Shown: in pieces, positions 34,032 through 47,416 of the stretch
Position numbering within the stretch: position 1 is the stretch's first letter
Layout: each line of letters opens with the position of its first letter
DNA from: the human T2T-CHM13v2.0 reference genome, Homo sapiens
DNA length: 64,000 nt
Reading direction: 5' to 3' (one strand)
Assembly: GCF_009914755.1 (NCBI RefSeq)
Contig: NC_060947.1
The notes under the pieces: model-generated
Databases searched by the model: none
What the model saw: the letters and a program-made list of their open reading frames with translations, nothing else
Told to the model about the DNA's origin: nothing
Translations under genes and position numbers: made by a program

Positions 34032-35284
34032 ACATGTATTACTTTTATAATCTTAGAAATAAACAGTAAATGTAAAAGAAAACATAACAAAAATAAACTA
34101 GATATTTTAAATATTGCTGAATAGTTTGCCAAGGCCCCAAAAGTCATACTGTCTAACAAGGGCAAGCTGACCTTTGGGTCCTTGAGTACACTCACCCTAG
34201 TGGCCTGATGAAGTGGCCGCCAACATGAAGGAACACCTAAACAATAGCTTTGTCCAAACTACTCTTCAAGTTCTCTTGTAAAGTTGATGTCAGGACATAA
34301 ATACCTTCATCATTTATTTACCTCAAATGCAAAAATGAAGTCTATTTTGAATATAATAGGGACCTGTTAAAAACAAAAATTTTAAAACATAATTGAAATT
34401 GAAATACTATGACATAGACCAAAAGGAAAATTCAGTTATATTATACTATCTGAAATCATCTTTGGAGTAACCTCCAATTGGATGAAAAAGATACTGGGAT
34501 GATTTGTGTACACCGGTGTCTTCCTATGTTTATAGAACATAGATTCAAAAGAGAAATGTGACAGATGCTAGATAGAAAGAAGTCTGGTTCAAATAAGGTG
34601 TGATTCTTAAAGATCAGTTAATGCCACCAGACAAAAATATATTGTAGCCCAGGCAATGCAAAAGTATGGTGTAGGACCATTTATCATAATCTCAAATTGA
34701 AAAATCCACAGTGAAAAAAGGACCAGAAATCAGAAGGCTTTTAATCAACTGATCTAGTTGCTGCAGTAACTAGGGGTAGGCCCAAATATTGTGGTTTTCC
34801 TGCTGGACGCACATATAGAATTGAAATTTCCTAGCCCATTTAGAAAAATTAACTTTAATCTTCCAATTTGGATTGATCAAGTCCTTGCTTCAGCCAGTGA
34901 AATGTGTGAGGAAGTGAGGAGTGGCCAGTGTCACTGTGATCATGGAAGCCTGGGTAGGGATGGAGGCTCCAGCAATGAGTCATCACAATGAGCAGAGTTC
35001 CCGTGACCTGAGTCAGGCATGCTGCATGGCCAGTAAATATGTTTTGTTTTTTGTTTTTTGTTTTTTTCTTTTTTGGCAAGCCATTGAGATTTAGGGGTTA
35101 TTTGTAACTACAGCAAAACCTAACCCATACTGTTATTAATGCAAACCACCAGCTGTCCTTGATCAAATTTACTTAAACCTTTATTTCTAGTGATAGGAAG
35201 TTTAGTAGCTGGTATCCAGCTAGTTACAAAAGACAGACTGTTCCAAGCTTCACAGGACAGTGAGAAAGAATAGCTCATAAAGAA

Positions 35285-35530
35285 TAGCACAGGCTTTGAA
35301 GTCAGAAAAAAATTTTAAAAAGAAAAGAAAACTGTGTTCAGGTGCTGGCTACTACTACCTCAGCACAGGGACATGTCATTAACCTCTCTGAGCACCAATT
35401 CTTTTTCACCTGTAAACAGTATAATATTGGCAAGTATTTATCAGGGTCATTGTAAAAATAAAATAAGTCAATGCATGTAAAACATTTGACACATTAGGTG
35501 GAAGATAGCGAGTGGTCAATATATGACTAT
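35285..35530 (+). mobile_element. MIR
   Basis: agcacaggctttgaagtcaga...ttaacctctctgagc...cacctgtaaa...atgcatgtaaaac. Confidence 0.65.
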
Positions 35531-37702
35531 CAATATCATTATTATTATTATTACTTCTCAGTATGTATTTATAACCTTACTTTTTAAAATACCATAAAGC
35601 CAATAACTTGTTAACTTTATGGCTCTCCACATGGTAGGGATGCACATTTTTTGCATACAAATATACATTTCTTGATTCCTCTGTCCCTCCTCAATGGAAG
35701 AAAATAGTGTTGGTAGAAACAAAGTATCAGCCTCAATTTGTACATATACTCAAGTTCATGTAAGTCATTACAATGTGTTTTTGAGAGTTGCCACTTCACT
35801 GCTCTATAAAAAGCTTCCTGGAAAAAGTATTAACAGATGGCCTCTTACTCTCGGAGACTGTTAGTAGCACACCAGATGGCAACCCAAATGAGAAGATTCA
35901 ACTTAAATTCTCCAAACTGAAGGAAATGTGACACTAGCTTTTTTAATAGGTGTGCAGCATTAGAGGTAGCAAAGAAATTATCAGTTAAAATAGAAACTCA
36001 TTTTCTTGCCTTATTTCAATGTGGAATCCAGCCTTCATTGTCTTATCAGTTTGCAGACAGTTCACGTGAAACACTGGAAATAGTTTTCACAACATAAACA
36101 GAAATTTTATTTGAAATGACTGACAGATTTATGAGGTGTAAGGCTAGTCTAAAGAATGAGAATGCAAGGCAGTGCCCCAGGGATGAGTGCTCTATGCTGC
36201 GGACACTCCTTTCTCTCCAGGATCAGTCATTAGTTTGCAACATTTTGGAATTATTGTTAGAAATATTAGGTTTCAGCTCAACTGTCAAACTTTCGACAGG
36301 GAAGTAATAACTGTTTTAAGATACTTGTCATCCTTCCAGAAGTCCAACTCACCCACTGATGAATAAAAGCCTGGACTGGGTGTGGTTCCCTTCCCAGGCA
36401 TTGGTACAGTACAAATTCTACCAGATGCCTTTGCATTCTGAAATAATGTTGTCCCATTAGGGTTTAAGAGAGGCCAACAGTTTTCGTGTTAGGGTAGAGA
36501 TGTGTCCTTCTGCCGTATTAGATTATATGAGTCAATGAGGATGTTTTGGCCATTAGAGAACTCCTAAATATAAACATTTTAAGAGGATTATGAACCAACT
36601 TTGGGGACAAAGTTGACATTCAACTATTCCATTCAAACCCCCTTGGATCTTCAGACATTTACACCAATGGGGGCACATTGTAAAGATAGTTTTTTGGCAA
36701 AGTGGCTGGAAATATGGTCCAATGCATGAATACACAACATTAAAATATGCATATATACTCTGAACCAGTCTTTTGGGAAATGTGAATCACAGCCTCCCTG
36801 ACTACACAAAACTTTAACCGAGAGTTAAACCTGGGAATTTTTCAGCCTGGACCACTGCTGTCTTCTCCTGTCCAAGTCCTAGCTCAGGGCTGGGGTAGAC
36901 ACAAACAAAACATGACTGCCACAAACCACATCAAATTTACAGGAACTCCTTCAACTTTTCTTGTGAGTTCCTGGAACAACTAGAGTCAATGAAAAGCACA
37001 GATTGGGTCCATCTCTGCTCTCATGAATCCTCCATACCTGTGGAGCTAAGATTGCAGCATCTTAAAATTAGAAGAAACACACGTGGCTCCAGGGCTTAAG
37101 GGAACAGGTATTGTCTAAAGAAAGAACGTATCAATTGAGCGGGCTAACCAGCATGGAAAACTGAATTCAAAGAAGCACAAGTTGTCATGTGTATATCCAG
37201 CACTGTCTAAGGGAGAGAGATCCTGGATCTGGAGGCCACTGAGAAGAGGATCTTTACTCTAGGACAGGGACAGATCACTGAGTTCCCTCATTGATGGAGT
37301 AAAAAGTTCACCCTCGGGCCACTCACCTCTCCAAGTAATATTTGGCTAAATGATTCTATTTCCCATATCTCTGGATATTGAGAAGTGAACACAAAAGCAT
37401 TCTGGTTATTGGAAAGAAGGAAGCCCTGTTATAAATTATTTTGCCTTATTCATCACTGTCTGGTATTTCAGTTAGCATGAGTCTATCCTCATCTCTGGCA
37501 CCCCAAGACGGTTTAAAACTAAGAACCAGGCCTGAGAACTGGAGTTTTTAACCTGGAATCCATGGTCCTTTAGGACAAGTCTTTGGAAGCTCAGTGGACG
37601 CCCCCCTTAAACTATATGTATAAATGTGTGTAGATGAGCATATAAGCATGTGGGAGTGTGGGGCAAACCATAGGTTCTCTCAGATTTCCAAATTGGTCCA
37701 AG

Positions 37703-37868
37703 ACTCAAGAAAGATTAAACCCACTTCTCTAGAATGTGGTGACCTAACCAAGAAGGTTACTCAAGAAAGGTTAAACCCACTTCTCTAGAATGTGGTGACC
37801 TAACCAAGAAGGTTACTCAAGAAAGGTTAAACCCACATTCTCTAGAATGTGGTGATCTAACCAAGAAG
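37703..37868. repeat. 56-bp tandem repeat, 3 copies
   Basis: ACTCAAGAAAG(A/G)TTAAACCCACTTCTCTAGAATGTGGTGACCTAACCAAGAAGGTT starting at 37703, 37759 and 37815. Confidence 0.95.
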
Positions 37869-40199
37869 CTGCTCTTAAGAAACCTTTCTTACCACCAACC
37901 ATAACCCTTAGATGGCACCTATGTGCCTAAATGGCATCATCATTGCATCCCCCAAATTGCAACAGTGCAATACCTAAACCAAGCCAGTCATGATAATTTT
38001 GATTATGTCTAAACATTGTCATGAAAGATTTTACCACTTTCCTCAGTTATTCTTCCTCAAACTCAAATAATTATCCTTTTATGTGCTACCAATTCCTCGC
38101 CTTACAGATGAGTTTGTGGTTTTTGTACTGCTAAGTCTTGGTATAATTGGCTGATATTTCAGGAATTAGAAGAGAGGTCTGGTGGCAGGCTAGTTCTGTT
38201 CAACCCAAAAATGTCTGAGTTTTATTTGCCATGTGATGTATTAGGGCTCAAAAAGAGGTTACATTAATCTCATAAAATTAAATAAAAACATGATTGCCAA
38301 TTAACAGCGTAGGATAATGTATAAACATGCAAACAGATATCCTCTTAGACAAAGAAAGCATTTCATTAGAGCCAAATACACTGATGACAACATCACGTGC
38401 TTACCACGGTGGTGGATGCAAGCAACATCCCACAGAGACAGCCTTCCTCTTGGCTTCAGCATTGGCTGCCATCCAAAATTCACAGACTATAAACAATTAA
38501 AAAAAAAAAAACTTTCCATAGAGAAAAGTTAGGGATAGAACTCACTTGGGGTCCCCAACTTTCTGAGGAAGTGCTCATGTCATAAGTCAAAGCGACATTT
38601 TCATCAGCCCAAGGTGGCAGGCAGGATAAACGACCTGGCCGTGAATGCACACGTTGAGAGGGAACAGTGAAAAGGGCCCTCAGGAAATACCTGTCGAATG
38701 CTGACTCCTAACCCAACAGGGCTGGGCTGGAGAGGAAGGCCCCATTGAAGGTGTTAAACCACAGTGGGAAGCTTAGCTCCTCCAATCCTGTCTCACTCCA
38801 ATGAAACACAACGGCTTCATTGTTGACTTTCTGTTGAAACAAGTCTCTGGTTTTACCAGCAGCCTAGTTCAGGGAATGTGCTGGCTGGACTTTTATGTTA
38901 TATAGAACTAAGAAGGTTGAGGATGACCCTAAGTCAGGTCCTAGGCACTAAAGCCTAATGCTGGTCTAGTCCAGGGGATTACAATTTTCTCTGTGATTAC
39001 TGCTGCTTCAGGTGAGCAGATGTCCACATATTTTACACCATATTTTTCTGAGGTGTTGATATTTTCTAGCTTTTGAAGATGTAAATTTGTGATGTGTGAA
39101 ATGAAAAGTACAGTACCAGCTTCTTTGAAAACCTGAAAAAAAAATCATTTCAGAAATTCTTTCCTCTTGAGGTCACTGGGTTGAATCCACCTCAGTCTGG
39201 TTGTTACCAAACCGCATTACTAAGGTTTAACTTCTAAATACCAAAGTTTCAGGGCATCGAGAGAAGAGGGGAGAAAGTGGTACTGAGGCACTGAATGGAG
39301 ACAGAGGGGAGATGGGTTGACCAGAACTCTCAGCAGCTAGGCCAATTGGGTTCTAGATTCCAAAGAAAGAGGTCCATTATTGCTGGGATGCCCAGAATTA
39401 TTGTCCCAAATCCACTAGAAGCTTGTGGGAATTAACACTCTTTATTCTTTTTTTAAGCTGTGAAATATCTGCAGCGTGTTCTTGGGATAAAGAAGGAGAA
39501 AGAGTCACCTCCTCCTCCCCAGTGAATCACAGTCATGCCCTGCGCAAGAGTGTATTCAGAGGTCTGGTCTCTGGGAGCAGAGTGGAGAGTGGAGAGTTAG
39601 AGGTAATGATGGGAACCCATTCGTAATGATAGAGTTAGGGATTAAAGAAGGCTATACATAATACAGATCTCCCCATGAAAGGAAGTATTTCTGGAAAATT
39701 TCATGGGCACTTTTGGATCCCAAATTAGAACTTCTTCTGTGGCAGTGATGGATGGAGAAGATCAAAACCATGTGAATCTGCAGATACTGGGTATTGGGCT
39801 ATAGACTTTTTCCCACACACCAACCTCCAGTGCCTCCATCAGTTACAAATGGCTACGTGTTATTAAACAGTCGCTGAAACCACATATTAAATAAATACAT
39901 ATGCAAAGAACAAAGGGCTACTGAATATGTAAAGTGGCTGGCACAGTATAAAGAGTCAACACATGGTTGATTGATATTGCTATTATTGAATAATCGATTG
40001 AAACTGTGAACAAGTTCTAACACTGCACTGAGCTCCCTGAGAGCAGAAACCTCTTGGTATCTCCTACAGTACAGAGCACAGTTCCTGAAAGATCGCATTA
40101 ATATAGTCAGTGTTCAGTGAATGTATTTCAGTGAATACATGGATTGAAAAGAAAGAATAAATAAATGAATAAAAGAAAAAACACTGCATCAGCATAACA

Positions 40200-41460
40200 T
40201 GAAAAGAACATTCATCCCCCTTATTGAATCAATGCTGTTGATTTTACCTCCTGAAATTTTAAAAGACATTCTTCTACTTTTCTTTAACATCACTGCCACC
40301 ATCCTATCATCAAGTCAAGCCTGGCCTCTTCAAAAATTTCTTAACTGGTCTCTCTTCCACCTATCTCAATTCTCCTTCCAATTTATGCTCCACTCTGAAG
40401 CTAAAGAGATATATTTAAAATTTATCTGATCATCCTGTCACCCTCATTCTAAAAACACCACAATAAGTTCATTGCACTTGTGACAAATACAAAACTCTTT
40501 ATCATGGTGTGACAGAATAAAGATGGATGCAAATTCTTTGCAACCTCACCCCCACCCAACCTCATTGAGAGGTGGAATCTACTTTCCCTCCCCTTTTATC
40601 TGGCCTGGACTTATTGACTTGCTGAATTAATAGAATGTGGCAGAAGTGATGTTCTGGGACTTCTGAAGCTATATCACCATCTGCCCAGCTTTCTTAGAGA
40701 GCTCACTCTGGAGAAAGCCAGCTGTCATATAAAAAGGCCAAATGTCCTGAGATGGCCATACCGCAGGGTAAAATGCAGTGTGGAGACAGAGGTCAAAGAA
40801 TCCTGAAATTTCAGATATGTAAGCAAAGAAGCCAACTGAAAAGTGGATTCTCCAGCCCTATCCCCCACAAGATGATGCCATGTGGATCACAGGCAAACCA
40901 ACCAGCCACCCTTCCGAGATTTCTGACTCATAAAATTATGAGCAAAATAAAATGGCTGCTTTAAGCCACTAAGTTTGGGGGTAGTTTGTTATGCAGTGAT
41001 AGATAACTAGAACGAATGTCTTAAAAGATCACACATGACCCAGCCCCTGTTCTTTATCCCCAGACTTGTTGCATGCCATTATTCCCTCACTCCACATCCA
41101 CCCGTACTGGTTATCTGTGATATCTTCTGTCTCAAGGCTTTGCACACACAATGTCTCACTGCCACATAACCACCGTTGTCCTCCACCATTTGTCTGACTT
41201 TTTCTTCCAGGTCTTAATATTATTTCAGGGAAGCCCTCCCTAAACCCCAAGACTATGTCAGATCTCACTGTTCTACTCCCATAATAGCACTTGCCACACT
41301 ATCTTGTCATCATTTATAGGTCTGCCTTCCTCTCTCAGATGAAAGTTCTTCAAGAACAAAAATTGTCTTCTTCATTAACCCAGCATTGAGCATACTGCTT
41401 AATACACATAGCTGCTCAACAAATGTTGATTAGTTAGCTGATTTGAGGAATGAATTAATG
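40200..41460 (+). mobile_element. L2 relic interrupted by an MLT1 LTR
   Basis: catcactgccaccatcct...ctggtctc...; 3' end gctcaacaaatgttga...gaatgaat. Confidence 0.6.
40508..41013 (+). mobile_element. MLT1F/G/H-type MaLR solo LTR
   Basis: tagaatgtggcagaagtgatg; ttaagccactaagtttggggtagtttgttatgcagtgatagataactagaac. Confidence 0.8.
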
Positions 41461-44205
41461 TATAGGTGCATGATGTAATTCCTGGAGAAACAGAGGAACA
41501 AATGTCAGAAAATGCCAGGATCTAATCTGAGCTCAGTGATCCCTTTCTGGTGGACCTGGAGGAAATTATCAGCCTCCCCATGTGCACAGCACTTTAATGT
41601 TTGTAAGTCACTATTCCATCCATCATTTCATTTCCTTTAAGTTAGCCTCTTTGGCCTGTTTATCTCTCAAATGGAAATAATACTTACAAATTATCTGTCA
41701 TATGGGAGGAATATTATAGAATTGGTATGAAAATGAAGTAAGATTATGAAAATGAACATGATTTTCTTTAAAAATACAATATTTTCTAATGGATGTGGAA
41801 TATCTCCACAAATATATCCCATAGGCACCTCAAACTCAATGTATCCAAAACATCATCTTCCCACTAAACCTCCTCCTTCTTTTTCCTCTGTCTCAGAGAT
41901 TGGCCCCACCACGTACCTAGTCACCTGAACCAAAAAGATGAGCATAATCTTAGAATCTTCTCCCTATTCTTCAGGATGGAAAAAATTGATAAACTCCATC
42001 CATAATTGAAAAACTCCAGCAGATAGCTCTCCATAATGGGATCTGTACAAAGGCATATCATCTAAGGCTGAAGTCTTTGTTGTATTTGAATCCTAAGTAA
42101 AATGGACTTTGAACATTCACCTATCCTAAAAGTTCTCTAGACCAGGCAGAATTTGTAGTGTCTCCATGAGCAAAGTCTGGCTAGCAAGGGTTTTTTTTGT
42201 TTGTTGGTTGGTTTGCTTGTTTTTGTAAATATCAGGCCAACCCCTAGAACACTAGGACTACAGAGACTTTCCAAGATCAGCCAGTGCAACCCCTTCTCCA
42301 TTTTACATATGGCAAATGAGGGCCAAAGAGGTGGAATGACTTGTTCAGGATCATTGCACAAGTCAGTGGCTGCCAATCCAGTGGCTTTCTTCCCATTGCA
42401 CTAACATAGAAACAATAGCATTAAGTTACCACTTTAGTCATTTAAAATGGAAGTCTGGCTGAACAAGAGAAGGCAAAGGTGTATTTAGCAGAAACAGGAT
42501 AATAAAACATATTGAAGGGGAGGAATGGATCATCTAGGAATGTTATTATTCCTTTGTCCTTAAAAAGGGAATCACTGGCCATCTCTTCTAGAGAGTCAGC
42601 CACCTGAAGGCAGGCCCTCACTGGATGATCACCGATATCCCTTCTATCTATGTGATTTTAGTGAAGACTTGGAATACCTGAGTCATCAGTGCCAAGTCTC
42701 CCCTCTCACAAGAAGTAAACCGACTAATGTTTCCAAATGTGTAATACAATTTGGGGTCTGTTTTTCAGGTTCTGTTTCTGTGGTTGTTCTGGAATCTGAT
42801 ATCTGTATGTGGGTTGGAGGTGGGTCTGAGGGGTGAACAGTTGTTGACAGGGCAGGGAACCATCCTCTTCATCTGTGCGATGCTGATGTCATTTACTTAA
42901 ATAAGGGCTAAGAAGTGTCCATTGTATGTTGTGACAAGGTCATTTGGAGTGGAGCAGAGTGCAGTGATGGGAGTTGATGGCAATGGTCCGAAGGCTGAGT
43001 CTCAGCTATGGGGAAGTAGAAGACCAGCATAGCCACATGACAGACTCATTCAGCTCCTGAGGAATAAGACAACCCAGGCAGTTGCTGCTGAAGAAGGCCA
43101 CACTGTACCCAGATGTTGAGAATCCCTGTGGCTAAGACAGAGGAGAATACAGCATTATAATACATTTTGGACTTTAATTTCTCTGGACATAGAAATTCTA
43201 AGCTTTTGACTTTCACTTACAAGGAGAAGATATTTCAGTTTTGAACCTTAACTTCTTTAGGTCTTAACTCTAAAAAATAAGAAGATTTAATTGTGAGCTT
43301 TAATTTCCCTCCATGAATTAGATCATGGGGGAGGAGGATTACATCCAAATTCAGGACATCTCAATGTTGCCAGCACTTCATTGTTAGAGAATCTTTACTT
43401 TGCCATTTGACACCAATAAAGAATCTCTAAAGAGCTCTCCTAGATAAGATGAATGAACATAATTTGTAATGGAAAATAGGCAGTTAATTTTCATCCTTGA
43501 CTATCCAGCAGTCTTGAAGTGAAGTTAATTTGCCTATTGTTCTGACCCATTCTAGAGCCTTCTGAAAGCAAAAATCTACATTGCTCCCCAAGAATCCTAG
43601 GAGGTTACTCAAAGGACCAATGGTTGGTATTGGGGGAGTGTGAGCTCAGGACTACTGAGAGACTACTAATCTGCCCTTCCTGACTGAGGAGGACAGCTGC
43701 ACCTCAGATGACCTCAACAATAACACAAACTTGTTAAGAGAGCAAAAGCCAGGAAGGATTAACAGGGAATAAGAAGGAGTAAGAAACGGCGACAAGTAAC
43801 TCAGTCTGTCAAGGAGATGAAACTAAGGGTTAAGGAATCGTCAAGAGGTGAGAAGGGGCAGTTATTATCCTAGTTTCTCCTGCTTTGCAATGTCTGTAAC
43901 AGTCTCTCTCTCCTTCCTTCCTCCAGACACCCCATGCACTGGAATACTCTATGTAACAGACTTACTTAAGGCTTGGGGATAGTGGAGGGGAATTACTGCA
44001 CAGAACAGAAAAGGGAACAATGCAGAATTGAAGATTAGACATCTCAAAGTTCCTTGGTTTCCCTACCACAATGTTTGTCCTTGGGTATCTTTCTTCTTAG
44101 ACTCCAATCTCCTCTCTTGTTGCTTGTGTCTGTTCTCTCTATAGAAATCATTTTCCTACCTCTCCTCTTGTACAAATTTCAGAGCCCCATCTCATCCACT
44201 CTCTA

Positions 44206-44432
44206 TGACATTTGTCAGCAAACTTTTTCTGTAAAGGGCAAAACAGTAAATATTTTATGTTTTGCACACCATAAGATCTTTGTCATCACTGCTGAACTCT
44301 GCTTTTATGGAGCAAAAGCAGCCAAAGATAATGCATAAATGAATCGACATGGCTGTGTTCCAATAAAGCCTCATTTACAAAAGCAAGTGGTGGGCTACAT
44401 TTGGCCCTTGGGCCATAGTTTACCATCCCGTG
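44206..44432 (+). mobile_element. MER58A-like hAT-Charlie element
   Basis: cagcaaactttttctgtaaagggc...ggctgtgttccaataaa...gggccatagttt. Confidence 0.85.
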
Positions 44433-44636
44433 CTCCAGCAGAAAATTGAAAATTGAAAATTCTCCTCAAGTTCTTCAGTTCCTTTATTACACATGGTGAT
44501 TGAACTCTTCTTTATCTCAACTCCTCTCATTACGTTCTTCCTTCTGGGGCCTCCCTGTGTGTACTAAAGGGGAGTATAAAAAGCTTTCCTAGACCAAAGA
44601 TCCTTTTATTTTTTGTTGAGGCACCTTCATTCCTTA

Positions 44637-45079
44637 GTGTGTTGGTCAGCTTTTCTGCAGTAACAAACAACCCCAGAATCTCAGTGGCTTACAAAGGAAA
44701 CATTTATTTCTCATATACAGTATAGGTCACTGGTTTGGGTCAATTCTGCTCCATGTGTCTTCTCATTCCAGAACCCAGCCTGAATGATGCAATCTCCCTT
44801 TGGGAGATGATGTTCTTATTTCTGGCAGAAGGAAAGAGAAAGAATGCTGGCAGAAATTCACAATGGCTCTTAAAGCTTCTACTGGGATGTAGTCGGTTAT
44901 ATCCACTCACATTCTTTAGCTAAAGGAATGGACATGGCAGGTTAAAACTCCATGGGACAGGAGTTTATGGTCCTTCCATATGGGGAGGAGTTTACTGCAG
45001 GTAACATGACAATCATAGATGATGTTTCATCCCCTTACAGGTAATTAAGAAGAGAGAATAAATAATACACTCTACCAGA
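44637..45079 (-). mobile_element. Old MLT1 (J/K/L-like) MaLR solo LTR
   Basis: gcagtaacaaacaaccccagaatctcagtggctta...atggctcttaaagcttct...ataatacactctacca. Confidence 0.72.
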
Positions 45080-45132
45080 GGTGTGGTAGAGTGTATTATT
45101 CTCTCTTCTTAATTACCTGTAAGGGGATGAAA
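45025..45132. repeat. Near-perfect inverted repeat (49-bp stem, 4-nt bulge, 6-nt loop)
   Basis: 45025-45077 is the reverse complement of 45084-45132 except for one extra AATA in the left arm. Confidence 0.96.
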
Positions 45133-46882
45133 TGCAGAAGTTGTTTCACTTGTTCCATTTATAAAATAGCTTTTTTTTTAATATAATGCGGCACTGAGGA
45201 AAAACTCTTGTCGCCCTCATTACACCCAGTGCTTTCTGAAGCCTTTATCAGCAGCACATTTACAGGTCCTGTGAGAGGATGGGACACTTCTGCAGATGGC
45301 TCAGTTCCTCCAACATGCGTTGATTCTTATGAGCTCTACTTACAGAAAGAGATCTTATCTCTGATTGGGAGACTCTGATATACTGATGAAATCAGCCAAA
45401 CCTCATTTACGTATATTCTATGATTTTGGAACTTGTGATATAAGATACAGCCTAGCCTGGAATTTACCTTTGGAGTCTATGCCATTAAGGCTATTCACTA
45501 AATATTTCTGGTACTCCTTCTGGGAACCTGATCTCCAGAAGTTAAGTATGGATAACCGCATGACCATGTCACTCTCTGCCAGAAAATTGAAAAGGCAGCA
45601 CATAATTCTCCATGTTCCTTGTTCCCACCATGGTGATTGTGAAAGCAAATTTTGACAAGAGGGCCTCTACCAGCCTGAATTCCTGAATGAGTGTGAGGAA
45701 TGAAGCCCCCTGCTGATCTGCTTTGGAGAAATCATGTGAATAAGAAGTAGAACTTTGTCATGTTACACCACTAAGATGTGTGGGGTTGTTTGTTACCACA
45801 GCATAATGTAACTGATACCGACTAATAGACTATGATGAAAGAGTTTCCCACTGAAATTAGTAGTGTAAACATAATTTCAGGGGTCAGACAATCTACTTAA
45901 GAAAGTACTTTTCCTCAAGTGCTTTAAAAGCACCTATTTACTTATGAATAATTGCCATATTGATAAAAAATCATTCTTTTCTCTTCATTAAGGCACTTAG
46001 GTTCCTAAAGATACTTTCTCAATGTAGTATGAGTCATAGTATGAATTTAGTTTACAGTATTCAGTAATTCATTATGGATTTCAAGAAAGGTTTTCTGCCA
46101 TATCTCTTTAATTTTTTAATCAAATATTTATTGAGCACCTACTAGGTGTTCTACATGTTCTAGGTACTCTGCTAGATGTTGGGGAATTATTAATAAACAA
46201 GAAATATATGGTCCTTTCCTTCAGGGAGCTGGGAAACGTTCTGAAGGAAAATAAAAGAACATGGGGCTTTGAGAGTGTATAACATAGAACCTGACATAGC
46301 TAGAGGTGACAGAGAAAGCTTCCTGGAAAATATGACATCCTCACTAAGATTGGAAAGATGAATAGAAATTAGCCTCACATGGCATTTGTCAGCAAAATCT
46401 TGATTAAATGGAATATTCATGAATTAGGGTATTTATGTTAATTTGAAATTATAGCTTTTGAAATAGTCTTTTTTATTTAAATGGTTAATATCTCATTTAT
46501 AAAAACTAAAATTCCAGTATTGTATTTTCATGTCTATTTTTCTCATCTTACCATTAGAAATGAAATAATAAAGTTTGAGAATGCATGTTTTTCTCTATTT
46601 TGTAGACACTTTCTGTGTCCCACCCATGTCCCTTAGCCCTTGCCATTTCCATATATATTGGCCCAATTTCTGACTGTCAGTATGTGAGTCTCTGCCTAGA
46701 CACTGTCTCTGACCACTAGTGTCAGCTTCACCTGCCCACATAGCATCCCTGTAGGATGAGGAATTGACCTCCACACTGTAAGCAGCTCTGGAACATTGAC
46801 TGATGGAAATTAGTATATTAATGGCCCAATTCTTTCCTACTGTGGGCAGGGTGACTCTGAGGGATGTATTCTACTCTGGTAC

Positions 46883-47278
46883 TGTATTCGTCCATTTTCA
46901 TGCTGCTGATAAAGACACAACCAAGACTGGACAACTTACAAAAGAAAGAGGTTTATTGGACTTACAGTTCCATGTGGCTGGGGAGGTCTCACAATCATGG
47001 CAGAAGGTGAAAGGCATGTCTCACATGATGGCAGACAAGAGAAGAAAAGAGAGCTTGTGCAGGGAAACCCCCCTTTTTAAAACCATCAGATCTCATGAGA
47101 CTCATTCACTATCATGAGAACAGTGCAGGAAAGACCCTCCCCAGTAATTCAATCACCTCCCACTGGGTTCCTCCCGTGACACGTGGGAATTACAATTCAA
47201 GATGAGATTTGTGGTGGGGAACTGTGGGAATTGCAATTCAAGATGAGATTTGGGTGGAGAAACAGCCAAACTGTATCA
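46883..47278 (-). mobile_element. THE1B/C-type MaLR solo LTR
   Basis: catgctgctgataaagac...ggacttacagttccatgtggctggggagg...caattcaagatgagatttggg; perfect 5-bp TSD GGTAC (46878-46882 / 47279-47283). Confidence 0.93.
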
Positions 47279-47416
47279 GGTACCCAGAGGTCTCCACAAG
47301 GATTCAGCTCTAGTTGTCCACAGTAGTAACTCACTTGACAACACACCCTTTATTGTCTACTTTCCCTTCCCTTTATCACTTCTTCGCCTTCTACCAATGT
47401 TTCCTGAGGTCACCTC

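Noticed and set aside
37703-37868. Possible CRISPR-like array
   Set aside because: Head-to-tail repeat with no unique spacers, no cas genes, primate context
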